Counted from the stretch's first letter, positions 31,901 to 42,468 are shown. The stretch: DNA of 64,000 bases from an uncultured virus (IMG/VR IMGVR_UViG_2695420507_000016) (IMGVR_UViG_2695420507_000016); one strand, 5' to 3'. The notes: generated by a model not told the origin, from the sequence alone. Numbers and translations: made by a program.

Positions 31901-34900
31901 TAGCTAGATCCTTTGATGTTTGGTCAGCTGTAGCTTTTGTTGTTTTTACTACAGAAGATAAACCACCAGGTACAGTTGCATCATATTGTTGGATTTGCTG
32001 AGCTATAACTCCCTTATTAACATCAGCCTTGATAAAAGTATCTTCAACAAATTGAGCATTTTGTTTTAGAGATGATCTAAATCCGCCTTTAAAATTTGGC
32101 GCTGAATTACCTCGGCTGATAAACATATTAGTTACAGTAAATGTTCCACCAGATGGAGCATTATCAAACCGTAAACCTAGTGGAATAGCTTCATAAGCAG
32201 AGGCTTTTAAATCATTTGGGAAAATACCAGTAAGTTCTATTTCACCACTTGCAGCTACAACAAACGAAGGTAACCCAACACTATAAGTTGCACCATGAAA
32301 TTGAATACTACATGTAGCGCCAACTAATCCTGCAGTTGCTGTGTATTTGATTCTCGCAACTATTGGATCACCTTTATCAATTGGAATTTCCTTGTGTTTA
32401 TATTGCAGTTCCCAAACAGCTACAGTTCGGTTTGTACCAGTAGAAATACTTAAATTTTTAGTATCATCACCAAGTAAAATCCAGTTCTCTTCTGAGTAAC
32501 GTAAAGTATCAAGTTGTGCTTTAAAAACTTTGATTTCCTCAGCAAATACTTCTTTCGCATCAGATCTTGTAATTTTTTCTTGAAGAATTTGTGCGTGGTT
32601 TTCTAAAACCTTTTGTAAGTTTCCACTATTGTTTGCCAGACCAATCGGGATACCACTAACTACTTGGATTGCAAGCATGATTTGCTTAGCCCCATTTGGT
32701 CCAGTATCTGGTGTTGCATGCAATTCTATACCACGACCTGAACCAATCCCCTTCTGACCAACTAAAATGTATGCATCCCGACCCGTTATTTGATCAAGTG
32801 TGAATGGATTGGCACCTAATGAAATTAATGCATTCTTAACTGGTGCTAGGTTTACACCAATACTGTCGTAGTTTGTAACGATAACAAAGGTGTCATTTGG
32901 AATCGCAGAAATAGCGTTACTCATTGCCGTAGCATTTGCTACAGCTGCATAAGTATCATATCTAGTTGAAGAAGCTATAGAACCATCAGCTGCTAAAACA
33001 TGGACTGAAAAACCACGTGCTGAAGCTACTGATTTGATTTCACCTTTTAAGTTTTTAATCCCTGTGAAAAAGCCATTCCAGCCACATGAATAAACACGGT
33101 AATTGAAAACTTGACCAAGGTCCTGATTTAATTGTTTATAACTTGATTCCAAGTTATTAATAGACTGTGTAGTGTTCTGTTGATTATCACTAATAGTTGA
33201 ATTAATTTCCTGAAACTTACCATCTACAGCAGTTTTATTATTGTCTACAGTAGATTTTAAAGTCGCATAATTCTCTGCAAGTGAAGTAATCTTTTCACCG
33301 TTTTTTTGAACATCAGCTTTAGTACCTTCAATTGCAGAAGCATTAGCTTCAAGATCCTTAATTAGTTCACGAGGATTTTTTCTAAAACCAGTGGCTAACT
33401 CACCTTTTTCAAGTTGCACTTCTCTAATTAAAAAGTCAGGAGCAAAACCTACTTGCGAATATAAAATTAAGTTAATATGCTGTAAATTAATAATATTTGT
33501 ATCAAAGGTATAAGTACATAATGTTTCTTTATCAGTCGAAATGTTATTCCATGTAGTACCAATTTGGTTATTACGACCTGATGAATCTCGACGGTGTATA
33601 ATTAATAAAATTTGAGTCTGTGCAGCTGTCAACGACATTGCTTTAAATGACAATGTGTACTTCTGATTCATCTCTAAACCATCTGCCAATGTCAGAGTTT
33701 CAATAAACCCTTTAAAGTATGTAGTTGTATCAGTAGATTTAAAGTGCCCCCAAGTAGCACCTTTTGAATCTTTATAAACTTCAAGTAGATTACCTGCCAC
33801 AGCAGAATTTTGACGCCAATTTAAGGTGCCTAAAGGGCTTGAGAAATCACCATTTTTAATTATGTTGTCACCACCACTTGAAGAAATAGCAGCTTTGATA
33901 ATTTTGCTCTCTTCAGCAATAGCTTGGTTAGTTTCTGTTTTGGTGTAGCGAGTACTATCTAGTGTTGCTGAACTATTAGTCCACAAATCGCCAAATTTTT
34001 GACGAAATTTAGCTTCAAGGGTTTCAGTTGCAGAAGTTATTGCTTGAGCAGTATCTGCTTTAGAAGAGTAATCCTTAATTAGAGTTGAAGTACTTACCTT
34101 ATCATTTAACGCTTTATTATTACCTTCATAAACTTCTACCCAATGCACTGTAGTAGTGGCATTAGCATTTGCTGAAGAATTTGGAAAACAATAAAAATTA
34201 ACAACAGTTGCGTCTGTTCTAGAAATTGTAGTTAAGGTAAATTCGTAGATATCTTTACTAGCTGAAAAAATAGGTGCATCTGCATTAAATACATTACCTC
34301 CGCCAATATATACACGCAAATTGGCTGCATTGTTCCCTCCATTATCAAAGGTAACTTTTGCTCTGACGGTAACAGTAATACCAGGTGCATTTAAACTTTT
34401 TGCTAAGGGATATGATACTTGTAAATAACCACCCGTTTTACTTTTTTCGACATTACCCCCGATAACGATGTTGTCAAAAGACTTACCACCGATACTTGTT
34501 TTCAATGCTTCGGTCGCAGTTGATATTGCGCTATCAACATCAGATTTAGTCATCCGGTCGGAAATTTGTTTAGCCTGTGCAGCCAAACCATTTACAGGAT
34601 CATTAATTGTTGATTCTAAGTTTTGAGTTTTTTTAGCTAAAGCAGTACTTTCAGTAACATACGTTTGTTTAAATTCATTTAAATTTGCTGATACTTGATC
34701 GAATGCTGCATTGAAGTCGTAAGGACTTGCAATCCAATTATCTGTAGTTATGAAATCCCCTTTAACTAACACAGCCCAATACACAGTACCAACACTTTGC
34801 TTGTCTGCAGTTGGTCTGCTAAGCATATAAAAGTTAACTTCTTTGGCGGTACCAGCTGAAGTCTTCGTAAAAGTAATTTTGCTTATTACCTTACCTGAAG

Positions 34901-37900
34901 TGTTAATAACCTGCTGTAAAAACTGACTTCCTCCACCAGCATATACAGCTAAATTTGAGTTTGTGTCACCAGCACCACGTGTATGCTCTGCACACCAAAG
35001 AAGAGTGTACTTTGCTCCTACTTCCCAGTCTTCACCAAGCTTATAGCGTAAATGAGGATATGAAACGCCATCGTAGTTTCCAACTACGTTAGAGTTAATC
35101 AACAAGTTCGTACCAGCCGGTGCGGACTTGTTAAGATTTGCAGATAAAGTATTAGCCTGTTCAGTAACAGCTTTAATCTGACCAGCTTGTTCAGTAACTT
35201 GTGAATTTGTAGTTTGTAATGCTTCAGTTGACGCTTTTTTACTTACTTCGGTATTGGTTATAGTTAGATCATTTCTAAGTTTTGAAATATCTAAACTTTG
35301 AGAAGATAAACTATCACCATGCTTCTTCACTTCAGCTTGAGTAAGCTTAATCGCTTCCGCATTTGCATTTAATGAACTTTGAGTATCTCGAGGGCTTGGG
35401 CTCCACGCTGTAGCTTTATTACCTGCTTCGATCTGCAATTTTTGAATTGTTGGAATTCGACCAGTGCCATATGTACCGTAAAACTCAATAGTCGATTCGG
35501 TTGTGCTGCCAGTGTGTAATTTAGGAAACACGGTAACTTCAAATTTTTGAAATTCATTTGCTTTAGTGACTGTAACAGAAGTTGTGAAGAAGTGAGCTGA
35601 TCCATTAGATGAATATACTTGTACAGTTCCAGCAACCGGTACACTCACTTCAAATGAAATCGTAACCGGCTTATCTAAATTTTCATCATAAAAAGCTTTC
35701 AACTCTTTGCTACGTTCATACATTAAGTATTCACGGCTTGTTGCTGCTGTGGATGTTCGAGGTGCTTCTGAATTGGCTACGGCGTTAACACCACCAATCT
35801 TAATGTTATTCACTGCAGCTGTAATATCAGTCGCCACACGCCCCATGGCACTTTCAAGATCACTCTTTGTAGCTGTTTTCGATAAAGCTTGGGCATTGCT
35901 CAGAATACCTGTTTCTGCGTTCTGCATTCTTGATTCAAGCTTAGTGGTTCTTTCAGCTTCAGCTTCTGTTCTGTTAGTTGCTGTTTTGAATAAATCATTT
36001 GCAGTTGCTGTTGCATCATTAGCAGAAGCTAAAGAGTTGTTATCTTCAACAATAATGTAATTAAGCTGACAAATTCCTGTCTGAAAGTTGTAGTTAGCAA
36101 TAAACATTGGGGCATAAAATTCAGCCTGTGCTGGGAATGTGCGTGGATTTTCAATTGTCCCTAAACCAGTTGCTGCCCCAGTAGACTTACCTTTCATGTA
36201 TAGAACTACTTCTTGCCACTCACCTAAATTAGGTTTAATGGCTGACAATAAGTAGTTAGACGAACCCATATCTCCTGCAAGGGAGTTTGTAGTAGTTACA
36301 TATTTACTTTGGTCTGCATTTTTACATGCAACACCAAGATAAATAGATCCAGTTTCCCCAAGCACACGGCGGAAGCGTGCACGCACTCGATACAACTTAT
36401 TTGGATCAATTTTTTGGAACTCGTTCCAGTGAACCCATGCTTCATCATTACCGGCATTATTCCCAAGCTCAAGAATATAACCACCTAATGCATCAGCATC
36501 TTGAATTACTTTCGCTTCACCTGTGGTACGCCACTGTGTCCAGTCGTCAATACCTTTTGACGTTACGACTGCACGAACCCCTGACGTTACTTGAGTTTGA
36601 GACTTTAGGCTTAATAAATTTTGAGAAAGTGCTTCTGTAGCTTTTACCGCCGTTGTACCTGTTTGCTGCGCTTCTGCTGCATTATCGAAAGCAAGTTTAG
36701 CAATATCATCAGTAGTTTTAAGTGATGATGAAAGGCCATTTATTCTTGTATTTGTATTACTTTCTAAGGTCGAAACACTTTTTTGAACATCAGTAATTTG
36801 ACCTTGTACCTTTAAGTTTTCTTTAGAGATACTTGTATCAAGTTCACTAAATTTTGAAGTAGTAGACTGTTCAAATTCGGCGAGCGACTCAGTAACTTCT
36901 AGAATATTTGCATTAGATTTCCGATCAGCCTCTTCTAGAGCTGCTTTCGTTTGGTCGATGCGTAAAGATAAGGCTTTATCACCATCAGAAACTGATTGAG
37001 CAATTGTTGCTAAATCTGACGTTGTTTTAGTTTTATTCGAATTATAGTCGGTTTTTAGTTCTTCAAGTTTTTTTGCTTCTGAAACAAGCTTTTCATCAAC
37101 AAGTTTTACAGATGATTCAACCTTTTCGATATATGAAGCATTTCCAGTAATTTGATCACGCCATGCTTTTGGAATGGTGTCATTAAGTGCAGTAATGTCC
37201 CAGACTTCATAATCGGCAAGGATTACATCCACTGGGTTTGCTGTGCTTGGTAAAGGTGGATTAGTGCCAGCAATAACACGGAAATGCCCATGGATAGCTG
37301 CAGGCGCATCATAGCCACACTGAACAACAGAGTAATAAACCTCAAACTTACCTGTTCCTTCCTTATTCCCAAGTACACGTAAATAACCACCTGTACCTGT
37401 AGCATTGCCAACTGGTAATAAATAAGTGCCCATAGGCATTTTAATAATTTGTTTTATTAAAAACGTTTTATTAGGAGCAGCAACAAGAGTTGGAACAGTC
37501 GGATACCAGCCACCACCTAGAGAAACAGTGGATCTTAATAGCATCTCATGGGTACTATTTACTGGGTTATCAGTAGATTTAGCTTGTCTAGTAAACGTTG
37601 AACCTGAAGGTACAACATATGCGCTTAACCCCCCATTCCCAGATAGAAATGTAGGATCGTCACGTAAAGGCTTACCAAGTGATTGCATTCGCGCTAACTC
37701 AGTAGCATTTAACAAGCTTGCATTAGTGGTATCTAAACTTGCTTGAATTTGATCAGTCTTTTCAGCAACAGATTTACCAAGATCAACTACTGTACGTTCA
37801 ACATTATTAATTGCCGCTTTGTTATCACCAATTTGAGACTGGGCAGTACTAATTTGTTCAGTAAAAGCTCTATCTTGAGCAGCAAGGGTTTTTATTTCTT

Positions 37901-39356
37901 CTGAAATTAGGGCATTTGATTTACCCAATTCAGTTTGCATTTCAGCAAACTTAAGCTCAAAACTTTTTGTTAATGCCTCTTTATCATTTGCACGTGCTTC
38001 AGCTTCAGCTAGAAAACCCGAATCGACTTTCTTATCAAGGTCAACATACTGGGCTGCAACTTGATCAACTTTTTTAACTGCAGCTTCAGTTTGGGTTACA
38101 ACCGGTTCAATTTTTTGATTAATGAGTGTATTAGTTTCTTCACCTAATGCTAATTTAGCGTCATCAATCATTTGACCAGCTTTAACTAAGTTTTGATCAA
38201 TGTCTTGTTTTAAGGCGGCCTTAGTTTGATCAATAACATTTAGTGTGTCAGCTGCTTGTTTTTTACGGTCCAGAACTTCTTGATCCGCAATTTTTTTTGC
38301 GTTTTCTGCGACTAACCGAATTTCATTTGAATCACTTCTTACATCAGCAATGATTGAATCTGTTTCACTTTTAATAAAACCGATTTTATCATCGAGTTCT
38401 TTCTCAGCACGAATTGCACGTTGTTGAGCATCAGCAACCAATGCTTCATTAGCTTGAATAGACTGATCGATACGTTGATTGGCTTCATCCAATCGTAGAT
38501 TAGCCTCATTATTATGTTGATCTACAATTAATTTAGTATTATTTATTTCTTGATCTATATAAGCACGAACTTCATCGACTTTATTTTGAGCGATCTGATT
38601 AACTTCTTTAACTTGTTCATGAATCTTTTGAACTTCCTCATCAAAATGTTTCATTCCTTCTTCAAGCAATTTAAAAGCATCAGAATCTTTAATATTTTCT
38701 ATTAATTCTTCTACTTCCTTTATTTTTTCATCAATCTCTTGGCTTACTTGATCTTTAGTTTCATCAATTTTTTCGCCTTGTTCTTTTAACTCTTCCTTTA
38801 AACTTTCTAATTTATTAAGAGCATCTTTAAATGCACCCTCAATAGCTTTAGGGTCAATAGGCACACCTGCAACCGTAAGCGTTGTGCCAACTGCCATACT
38901 ACCCGCTACAGCACTATTGCCCGCAACTGAAGTATTACCCACTACAGTGCTATTTCCCGTTAATGTGCTATTACCAGTTTGTTGAGTATTAGCTTGTACA
39001 TTCATTAACGGCGTTTTGATCGAAACGGTTGTGCCAGAATCTACTTTTAAATTTTCTTTAGAGATAAATTCAATATTGTCTTGTCGAATACGGCGCACAC
39101 CTACAATCGCGCCGTCTCCGTGACTGACATAACTATGGATTACTGGACGTTCTTCATTACCATTTTCAAAGAAGACATAGACGTCTTCCCCATCCACAAT
39201 TTGAATTTCTGTATCTAAATCACTATCGCCGACTGGATAAGCAAAAGTTGCTGTAATTCCTTCACTCGCGCCATCAGTTAAACCATGAATGTGTACTTGT
39301 GCAGTACGACCTTTTGCGTTGTAACTTAAAATCTTTGCACGTTTTAAACCATTCAT
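28998..39356 (-). CDS. Giant central spike/tail-fibre fusion (3452 aa)
   Basis: N-terminal gp5/gpV-like OB fold (VYVFFENGNEERPVI) and beta-helix repeats, coiled coils, carbohydrate-binding-like modules, DUF1983-like C-terminus. Confidence 0.85.
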   Translation of the reverse strand: MNGLKRAKILSYNAKGRTAQVHIHGLTDGASEGITATFAYPVGDSDLDTEIQIVDGEDVYVFFENGNEERPVIHSYVSHGDGAIVGVRRIRQDNIEFISKENLKVDSGTTVSIKTPLMNVQANTQQTGNSTLTGNSTVVGNTSVAGNSAVAGSMAVGTTLTVAGVPIDPKAIEGAFKDALNKLESLKEELKEQGEKIDETKDQVSQEIDEKIKEVEELIENIKDSDAFKLLEEGMKHFDEEVQKIHEQVKEVNQIAQNKVDEVRAYIDQEINNTKLIVDQHNNEANLRLDEANQRIDQSIQANEALVADAQQRAIRAEKELDDKIGFIKSETDSIIADVRSDSNEIRLVAENAKKIADQEVLDRKKQAADTLNVIDQTKAALKQDIDQNLVKAGQMIDDAKLALGEETNTLINQKIEPVVTQTEAAVKKVDQVAAQYVDLDKKVDSGFLAEAEARANDKEALTKSFELKFAEMQTELGKSNALISEEIKTLAAQDRAFTEQISTAQSQIGDNKAAINNVERTVVDLGKSVAEKTDQIQASLDTTNASLLNATELARMQSLGKPLRDDPTFLSGNGGLSAYVVPSGSTFTRQAKSTDNPVNSTHEMLLRSTVSLGGGWYPTVPTLVAAPNKTFLIKQIIKMPMGTYLLPVGNATGTGGYLRVLGNKEGTGKFEVYYSVVQCGYDAPAAIHGHFRVIAGTNPPLPSTANPVDVILADYEVWDITALNDTIPKAWRDQITGNASYIEKVESSVKLVDEKLVSEAKKLEELKTDYNSNKTKTTSDLATIAQSVSDGDKALSLRIDQTKAALEEADRKSNANILEVTESLAEFEQSTTSKFSELDTSISKENLKVQGQITDVQKSVSTLESNTNTRINGLSSSLKTTDDIAKLAFDNAAEAQQTGTTAVKATEALSQNLLSLKSQTQVTSGVRAVVTSKGIDDWTQWRTTGEAKVIQDADALGGYILELGNNAGNDEAWVHWNEFQKIDPNKLYRVRARFRRVLGETGSIYLGVACKNADQSKYVTTTNSLAGDMGSSNYLLSAIKPNLGEWQEVVLYMKGKSTGAATGLGTIENPRTFPAQAEFYAPMFIANYNFQTGICQLNYIIVEDNNSLASANDATATANDLFKTATNRTEAEAERTTKLESRMQNAETGILSNAQALSKTATKSDLESAMGRVATDITAAVNNIKIGGVNAVANSEAPRTSTAATSREYLMYERSKELKAFYDENLDKPVTISFEVSVPVAGTVQVYSSNGSAHFFTTSVTVTKANEFQKFEVTVFPKLHTGSTTESTIEFYGTYGTGRIPTIQKLQIEAGNKATAWSPSPRDTQSSLNANAEAIKLTQAEVKKHGDSLSSQSLDISKLRNDLTITNTEVSKKASTEALQTTNSQVTEQAGQIKAVTEQANTLSANLNKSAPAGTNLLINSNVVGNYDGVSYPHLRYKLGEDWEVGAKYTLLWCAEHTRGAGDTNSNLAVYAGGGSQFLQQVINTSGKVISKITFTKTSAGTAKEVNFYMLSRPTADKQSVGTVYWAVLVKGDFITTDNWIASPYDFNAAFDQVSANLNEFKQTYVTESTALAKKTQNLESTINDPVNGLAAQAKQISDRMTKSDVDSAISTATEALKTSIGGKSFDNIVIGGNVEKSKTGGYLQVSYPLAKSLNAPGITVTVRAKVTFDNGGNNAANLRVYIGGGNVFNADAPIFSASKDIYEFTLTTISRTDATVVNFYCFPNSSANANATTTVHWVEVYEGNNKALNDKVSTSTLIKDYSSKADTAQAITSATETLEAKFRQKFGDLWTNSSATLDSTRYTKTETNQAIAEESKIIKAAISSSGGDNIIKNGDFSSPLGTLNWRQNSAVAGNLLEVYKDSKGATWGHFKSTDTTTYFKGFIETLTLADGLEMNQKYTLSFKAMSLTAAQTQILLIIHRRDSSGRNNQIGTTWNNISTDKETLCTYTFDTNIINLQHINLILYSQVGFAPDFLIREVQLEKGELATGFRKNPRELIKDLEANASAIEGTKADVQKNGEKITSLAENYATLKSTVDNNKTAVDGKFQEINSTISDNQQNTTQSINNLESSYKQLNQDLGQVFNYRVYSCGWNGFFTGIKNLKGEIKSVASARGFSVHVLAADGSIASSTRYDTYAAVANATAMSNAISAIPNDTFVIVTNYDSIGVNLAPVKNALISLGANPFTLDQITGRDAYILVGQKGIGSGRGIELHATPDTGPNGAKQIMLAIQVVSGIPIGLANNSGNLQKVLENHAQILQEKITRSDAKEVFAEEIKVFKAQLDTLRYSEENWILLGDDTKNLSISTGTNRTVAVWELQYKHKEIPIDKGDPIVARIKYTATAGLVGATCSIQFHGATYSVGLPSFVVAASGEIELTGIFPNDLKASAYEAIPLGLRFDNAPSGGTFTVTNMFISRGNSAPNFKGGFRSSLKQNAQFVEDTFIKADVNKGVIAQQIQQYDATVPGGLSSVVKTTKATADQTSKDLATLRNTEISQLQTSTNNLGSALENTTMLAMMITNGKLLQGDVNFKKGNNGVSVYNNAGNGNVTVTRVAKSSDNPTTSTHEIEIKTIGAASPTWGGFVQLVYGRANAVFVIKYLIKLPVGYKLVNAGNAMGTGAIDRFIGNTEGTGKFETYIRMIKCGAVGSFSNSGHVYVAGGSTPTATAPLVWTLAQIEQYDVTDYASADPTLQDFVSSATDSISTLTNFKETWAAKLTEMSSKLDSKNGAYILNADITNTNVERAIAASSQKITSEYTNAMSVQPLSSGAGKIFVKPLTWRQAITTSGTLVIKTPITVGAYMTKVKISGYNYNNKEDNIFDLDLAFYAYTSTVPFYPNMTSRSFGITLDENNATTKGLALALDSNNKVCILITKKDAWSYPAITVESATITHTNPPDYFKDGWTAAIETDLSVYKSVTPFTVTSMMETTAGSQAKVDVPMSQLSDIAADNKLTPVEKKQAKLVWDTLYQTDASLRAEAVTYGISSTAYATAFSTLNTYLAALFANMNVTSTIDRNQFITNFANVHNARQALVRAISEKAKEIADTAKDIASTTKATLERDYMTSTKTNEAIASSTERMSALYSANGQKIMASVLETWQKDWLVKTPSGNRPELSLVADATCRGGYALRIGNNVGNDEAWLNWFTSLPIDDNKYYRVKYRFRRVSGTGVVYVGATCQNANKTKYIAQDNSEINDIGSSHYLVAGTAPALGTWITGTAYFKGRSAGASAGAGTLLSPKTFANKAAFFTPVFIGNYSGKAGEVDLDFIDIEDADNIADFENFKTTYTTDVGAYAGALQTLVSVYGQNAIKLKSQADLIDGVKGKYVMGMDNNGVFSGLSMVSEQNNGTVRTSIGFQADRIFFTTGTSSTKYMPFIIQDNQVIMNSDVFIKNLTAANFKAKSLTAELFKVDKLSAIAGELGTLTTYKDPTKPNGARMVLSGSLITVYDDNNVVRVKLGLW

Positions 39357-39365
39357 ATATTTGAC

Positions 39366-40259
39366 CTACAAATTAGCAATCCAGAACTTTGATGAAGTCC
39401 CCATTGATCCCCCGATTGCGCCTGTATCTATATGATGTGCAGCAGTTAAAACGACATACTTCTTACTATCTATTTCAAATATATCGCCTGCATTCCAGTT
39501 CAAATTTAGTGGTCTAATAATGGTCCCACGCATAATCAAAACTTTTTCCAAGTTTTTGACTTGTCGGGCATCTAAACCAGCTCTTTGCGTCACAGTGTGG
39601 CCTGGGGTTATTGAGTCATCACCAACAACCGTTGAACCGTTATTCTCAACTGTGACAAAAGATGATTTTTGCATCAGTTCCAAAGGTTTACTTGATATCC
39701 AAACGACACTGCTAGGATCTAGTTTTGTGATAGGTTCCTTTTTGAAGAAAGAATCAATTTTTTGAGCAGACACTTTATTATTTTGAAAGCAAATTACAGC
39801 TGCTTCTTGTTGCAGATAATGAGCCAAGCGCTGTGTAGGCATACTACCCTTTAAACAAACAAATTTAGGCAAAGGTAAATCACTGCCCAGACTGATCGTT
39901 GCACCACAAGCTCGAATTACTGAATTAAAAGAAGTTTCATTACTAATAATTGCTTGCTTTGAATATTCGATAAGTCTTTTACAACCAGCCAAAATACCAA
40001 TACATGAGATGCCACCTACTCGCCGATCTTGTTTAATAGTCTGAGTTTTTAGAGGGGTAACTTTGATAAGTTCGAAAGGATGAGATATGTCATTTACAGT
40101 AAGTAGCTCCCCTTCTTTTAAAAGGGAGTCTAATTCAGTAGTAGATTGAACTGTGAACTCAATAGATGCGGGAATAGGTACGAGATCAGTTCTTAAAGTT
40201 GCACTAATCAGCTCAGACGCTGGAATAATTTTACCCGCAGATACAATGGTGATTTGCAT
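39366..40259 (-). CDS. Putative baseplate hub protein
   Basis: Immediately upstream of the spike gene; hub-like size and C-terminus. Confidence 0.5.
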   Translation of the reverse strand: MQITIVSAGKIIPASELISATLRTDLVPIPASIEFTVQSTTELDSLLKEGELLTVNDISHPFELIKVTPLKTQTIKQDRRVGGISCIGILAGCKRLIEYSKQAIISNETSFNSVIRACGATISLGSDLPLPKFVCLKGSMPTQRLAHYLQQEAAVICFQNNKVSAQKIDSFFKKEPITKLDPSSVVWISSKPLELMQKSSFVTVENNGSTVVGDDSITPGHTVTQRAGLDARQVKNLEKVLIMRGTIIRPLNLNWNAGDIFEIDSKKYVVLTAAHHIDTGAIGGSMGTSSKFWIANL

Positions 40260-40708
40260 TAACGGTTCCCCAAGTTAAAATTAAAACTCATTGGGGCCAT
40301 ACAAAACGCAAGTTTAGGCAAAGCGTCTTTCTTTTCATTATAGTTCTGTTGAGCTTCTGATACAGATAGCCCATAACTTTCGACTCCGAGCCCACGAGTA
40401 GCTTCAACCAATCTAGCTTGCAAAAGATCACAGTGAGCTTTTACTAAAGGTTGGATGATTACGTACTCATCACCGCTAAGTTCGATAGTTTCATTCAGTT
40501 CAATACTCGTGGTAGCTTTAGTTTGACAATCTAAAACAGCCCATCCGGCATAATATTTTGCCTCATCTAAAAATGCTTTCACGATATCATCAAGCAAAAT
40601 TGAATAGCCCGATAATTGATATTCTTTATAGAGTTCTTCTGAAAGTTGCTGGATAGAACCAGCAACTACAGCATACCCTTCAGATTCAGGTAATAACTTC
40701 ATAGCCAT
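40259..40708 (-). CDS. Hypothetical virion protein
   Basis: Coupled ORF in a late operon. Confidence 0.6.
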   Translation of the reverse strand: MAMKLLPESEGYAVVAGSIQQLSEELYKEYQLSGYSILLDDIVKAFLDEAKYYAGWAVLDCQTKATTSIELNETIELSGDEYVIIQPLVKAHCDLLQARLVEATRGLGVESYGLSVSEAQQNYNEKKDALPKLAFCMAPMSFNFNLGNR

Positions 40709-41367
40709 TACCCGAAAAGATTGCCTAATGTACGTGATGTCGCATTAATCGTTGAGTTGCGTACAGCTTGTTGAGCAGTATTGATTACCTGCTGAACGCG
40801 ATTCACAAGTTCAGCTGTACCATCAATTTCTTTTTTACCCGGCTGAATACTGCCGTTGGTACCAATGTTTGCGAAGCTACCAAAGTAGTTATAGTCGATT
40901 GGGCAAGAAACTGTCATAACTTGAGATCGGCTATCTGAATCATACTCAGCTGACTCAAAGCGTATAGCACAGTTTTCAAGTGCATAAGAACGGGTAAAAC
41001 TACCTAAACGGCCATCGTAATAATCACCATGGATGATTCCACCACTAGCTACGACATATTCAGCTAATAGTTGATCATGCCCTGCTTCAGTTACTAGGAT
41101 TTGAAGGTTGCCTGTGTAATGGGTTTTCGGGGGACCAGCAACAATTCCAGTAAATCCACCCGCATATTGAACTTCTGCTGGATCTTCATTACTCACAATT
41201 GGCCGTGGGCAACTTTTAAATAAGAAGCGAAGGTCTTCCATGCCACGAGGAACAAACATCCCCTGACACGCTAATAATGGTGAACCAAGTTGCTGTAGAG
41301 CAATGTAATCTTGTTTAAGCTGATTTAGTAAAATCGGATTAGATTGTTGCATAATTTTGATGCTCAA
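40708..41367 (-). CDS. Putative tail tube protein
   Basis: About 215 aa, T4 gp19-like beta pattern; probable start 41352. Confidence 0.5.
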   Translation of the reverse strand: MSIKIMQQSNPILLNQLKQDYIALQQLGSPLLACQGMFVPRGMEDLRFLFKSCPRPIVSNEDPAEVQYAGGFTGIVAGPPKTHYTGNLQILVTEAGHDQLLAEYVVASGGIIHGDYYDGRLGSFTRSYALENCAIRFESAEYDSDSRSQVMTVSCPIDYNYFGSFANIGTNGSIQPGKKEIDGTAELVNRVQQVINTAQQAVRNSTINATSRTLGNLFG

Positions 41368-41386
41368 AATGCAGATTTATGCAACA

Positions 41387-41427
41387 AGATTAAGGATGTT
41401 TTTGCTATTGGTTTTTAATCAGTTCCA
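41387..41427 (-). promoter_or_regulatory. Late promoter motif with start-codon-occluding hairpin
   Basis: TGGAAC-N29-TAATCT; TTGTTGCATAA/TTATGCAACAA stem covers the ATG. Confidence 0.75.
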
Positions 41428-41478
41428 TTTTAGAAAACTGACTTTATATTAATAAAAAACCCGCAAAAGCGGGCTATA

Positions 41479-41745
41479 TCACATCTGTTTATAGATAACA
41501 TCTCGCCTATCTACATCAAGAACAAGAACTACGACTACATCATCCTTGACTTGATATAAAAGGCGGTATCCTGCTGATTTCAGTTTAATCTTATATAGAT
41601 CAACTGATCCTCTCAGCTTATTCTTCGGTATCTTAGGGTTATCTAGGATTGCTTCCAGCTTACGAATAAACTGCTCAGCGATTTGTGGGTTAAGTTTGTC
41701 AAACTTTTTAAGAGCTGTTTTTGAGAACTCTAGCTCGTAACTCAT
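41479..41745 (-). CDS. relE: RelE/StbE-family toxin
   Basis: YELEFSKTALKKFDKL...LYKIKLKSAGYRLLYQV. Confidence 0.9.
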   Translation of the reverse strand: MSYELEFSKTALKKFDKLNPQIAEQFIRKLEAILDNPKIPKNKLRGSVDLYKIKLKSAGYRLLYQVKDDVVVVLVLDVDRRDVIYKQM

Positions 41746-41995
41746 TAATAGATACCTTCACAGTTTCGTCAGTATCAACTTGCTCGGCTAGTTTAATTAG
41801 TTCCTGATCTTCAATTAGATCCATCATGCGTTCATACATTGCTGCCGGAACACAGTAGAATTCTGGATTATTTCTATTCAGAATAGCTACTGCTTCGCCA
41901 AAAGCATTTTGTACAACTGCTGTAGGATTCTTTTTTAATTCAGAAACACTAGCCACAAATCGACTATGGATTATGTGGTTCATGACGTTTCTCAT
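41708..41995 (-). CDS. Phd/YefM (StbD-like) antitoxin
   Basis: ASVSELKKNP...VAILNRNNPEFYCVPA; overlaps the toxin gene; operator-like inverted repeat at 42101-42132. Confidence 0.9.
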   Translation of the reverse strand: MRNVMNHIIHSRFVASVSELKKNPTAVVQNAFGEAVAILNRNNPEFYCVPAAMYERMMDLIEDQELIKLAEQVDTDETVKVSINELRARVLKNSS

Positions 41996-42175
41996 TTGAT
42001 GTGTCCTACATCAATTTGTAGCCAATTGATTAGAACCGTCCTCAGAAAGTTAAGTTTGCTACAGGGTTAACTCAATATAAACAATTTGAAGATCTGTTTC
42101 AAGACCTGTTTAACAACCACTTAATAGGTCTTAATAAAAAAGCCACCCTAAAAGGTAGCTTTTTAAATCAGCTTT

Positions 42176-42439
42176 TTATCCAATATTTGGTGGTACTCGC
42201 AGAACCTGTACTGAAGGTACACCCCGATACACACCCATGAAGCATATCGTTGATGGCATTGGCTTAGATTGGGCTTCTCAGTTTGTTAAGTTAAAACAAA
42301 TAGTTAATCAAGTTGTTATGATTTTCATAATAACTGATTTTCTTGTAATGTGCCTAAAATAGAAAGGATCTGATTCAGTACTGGGCAACTTTGTTCTAGC
42401 TGTATTTACTGCCGGTGCATAAGCTAAAGCTTTGGACAT
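42176..42439. repeat. Mosaic of three gene fragments duplicated elsewhere in the window
   Basis: 42176-42228 matches 43969-44021; 42228-42300 is a diverged antirepressor N-terminus; 42360-42439 matches 16416-16495. Confidence 0.85.
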
Positions 42440-42468
42440 AATAATGACCCTATTCATTGAATAAAGCC

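Noticed and set aside
27898..39356. Invertible tail-fibre cassette or diversity-generating retroelement
   Set aside because: No invertase, reverse transcriptase or near-identical DNA repeats seen; the module repeats are diverged at protein level
42176..42439. CRISPR-like array of self-matching spacers
   Set aside because: No repeats separate the fragments and their lengths are irregular; a recombination scar fits better
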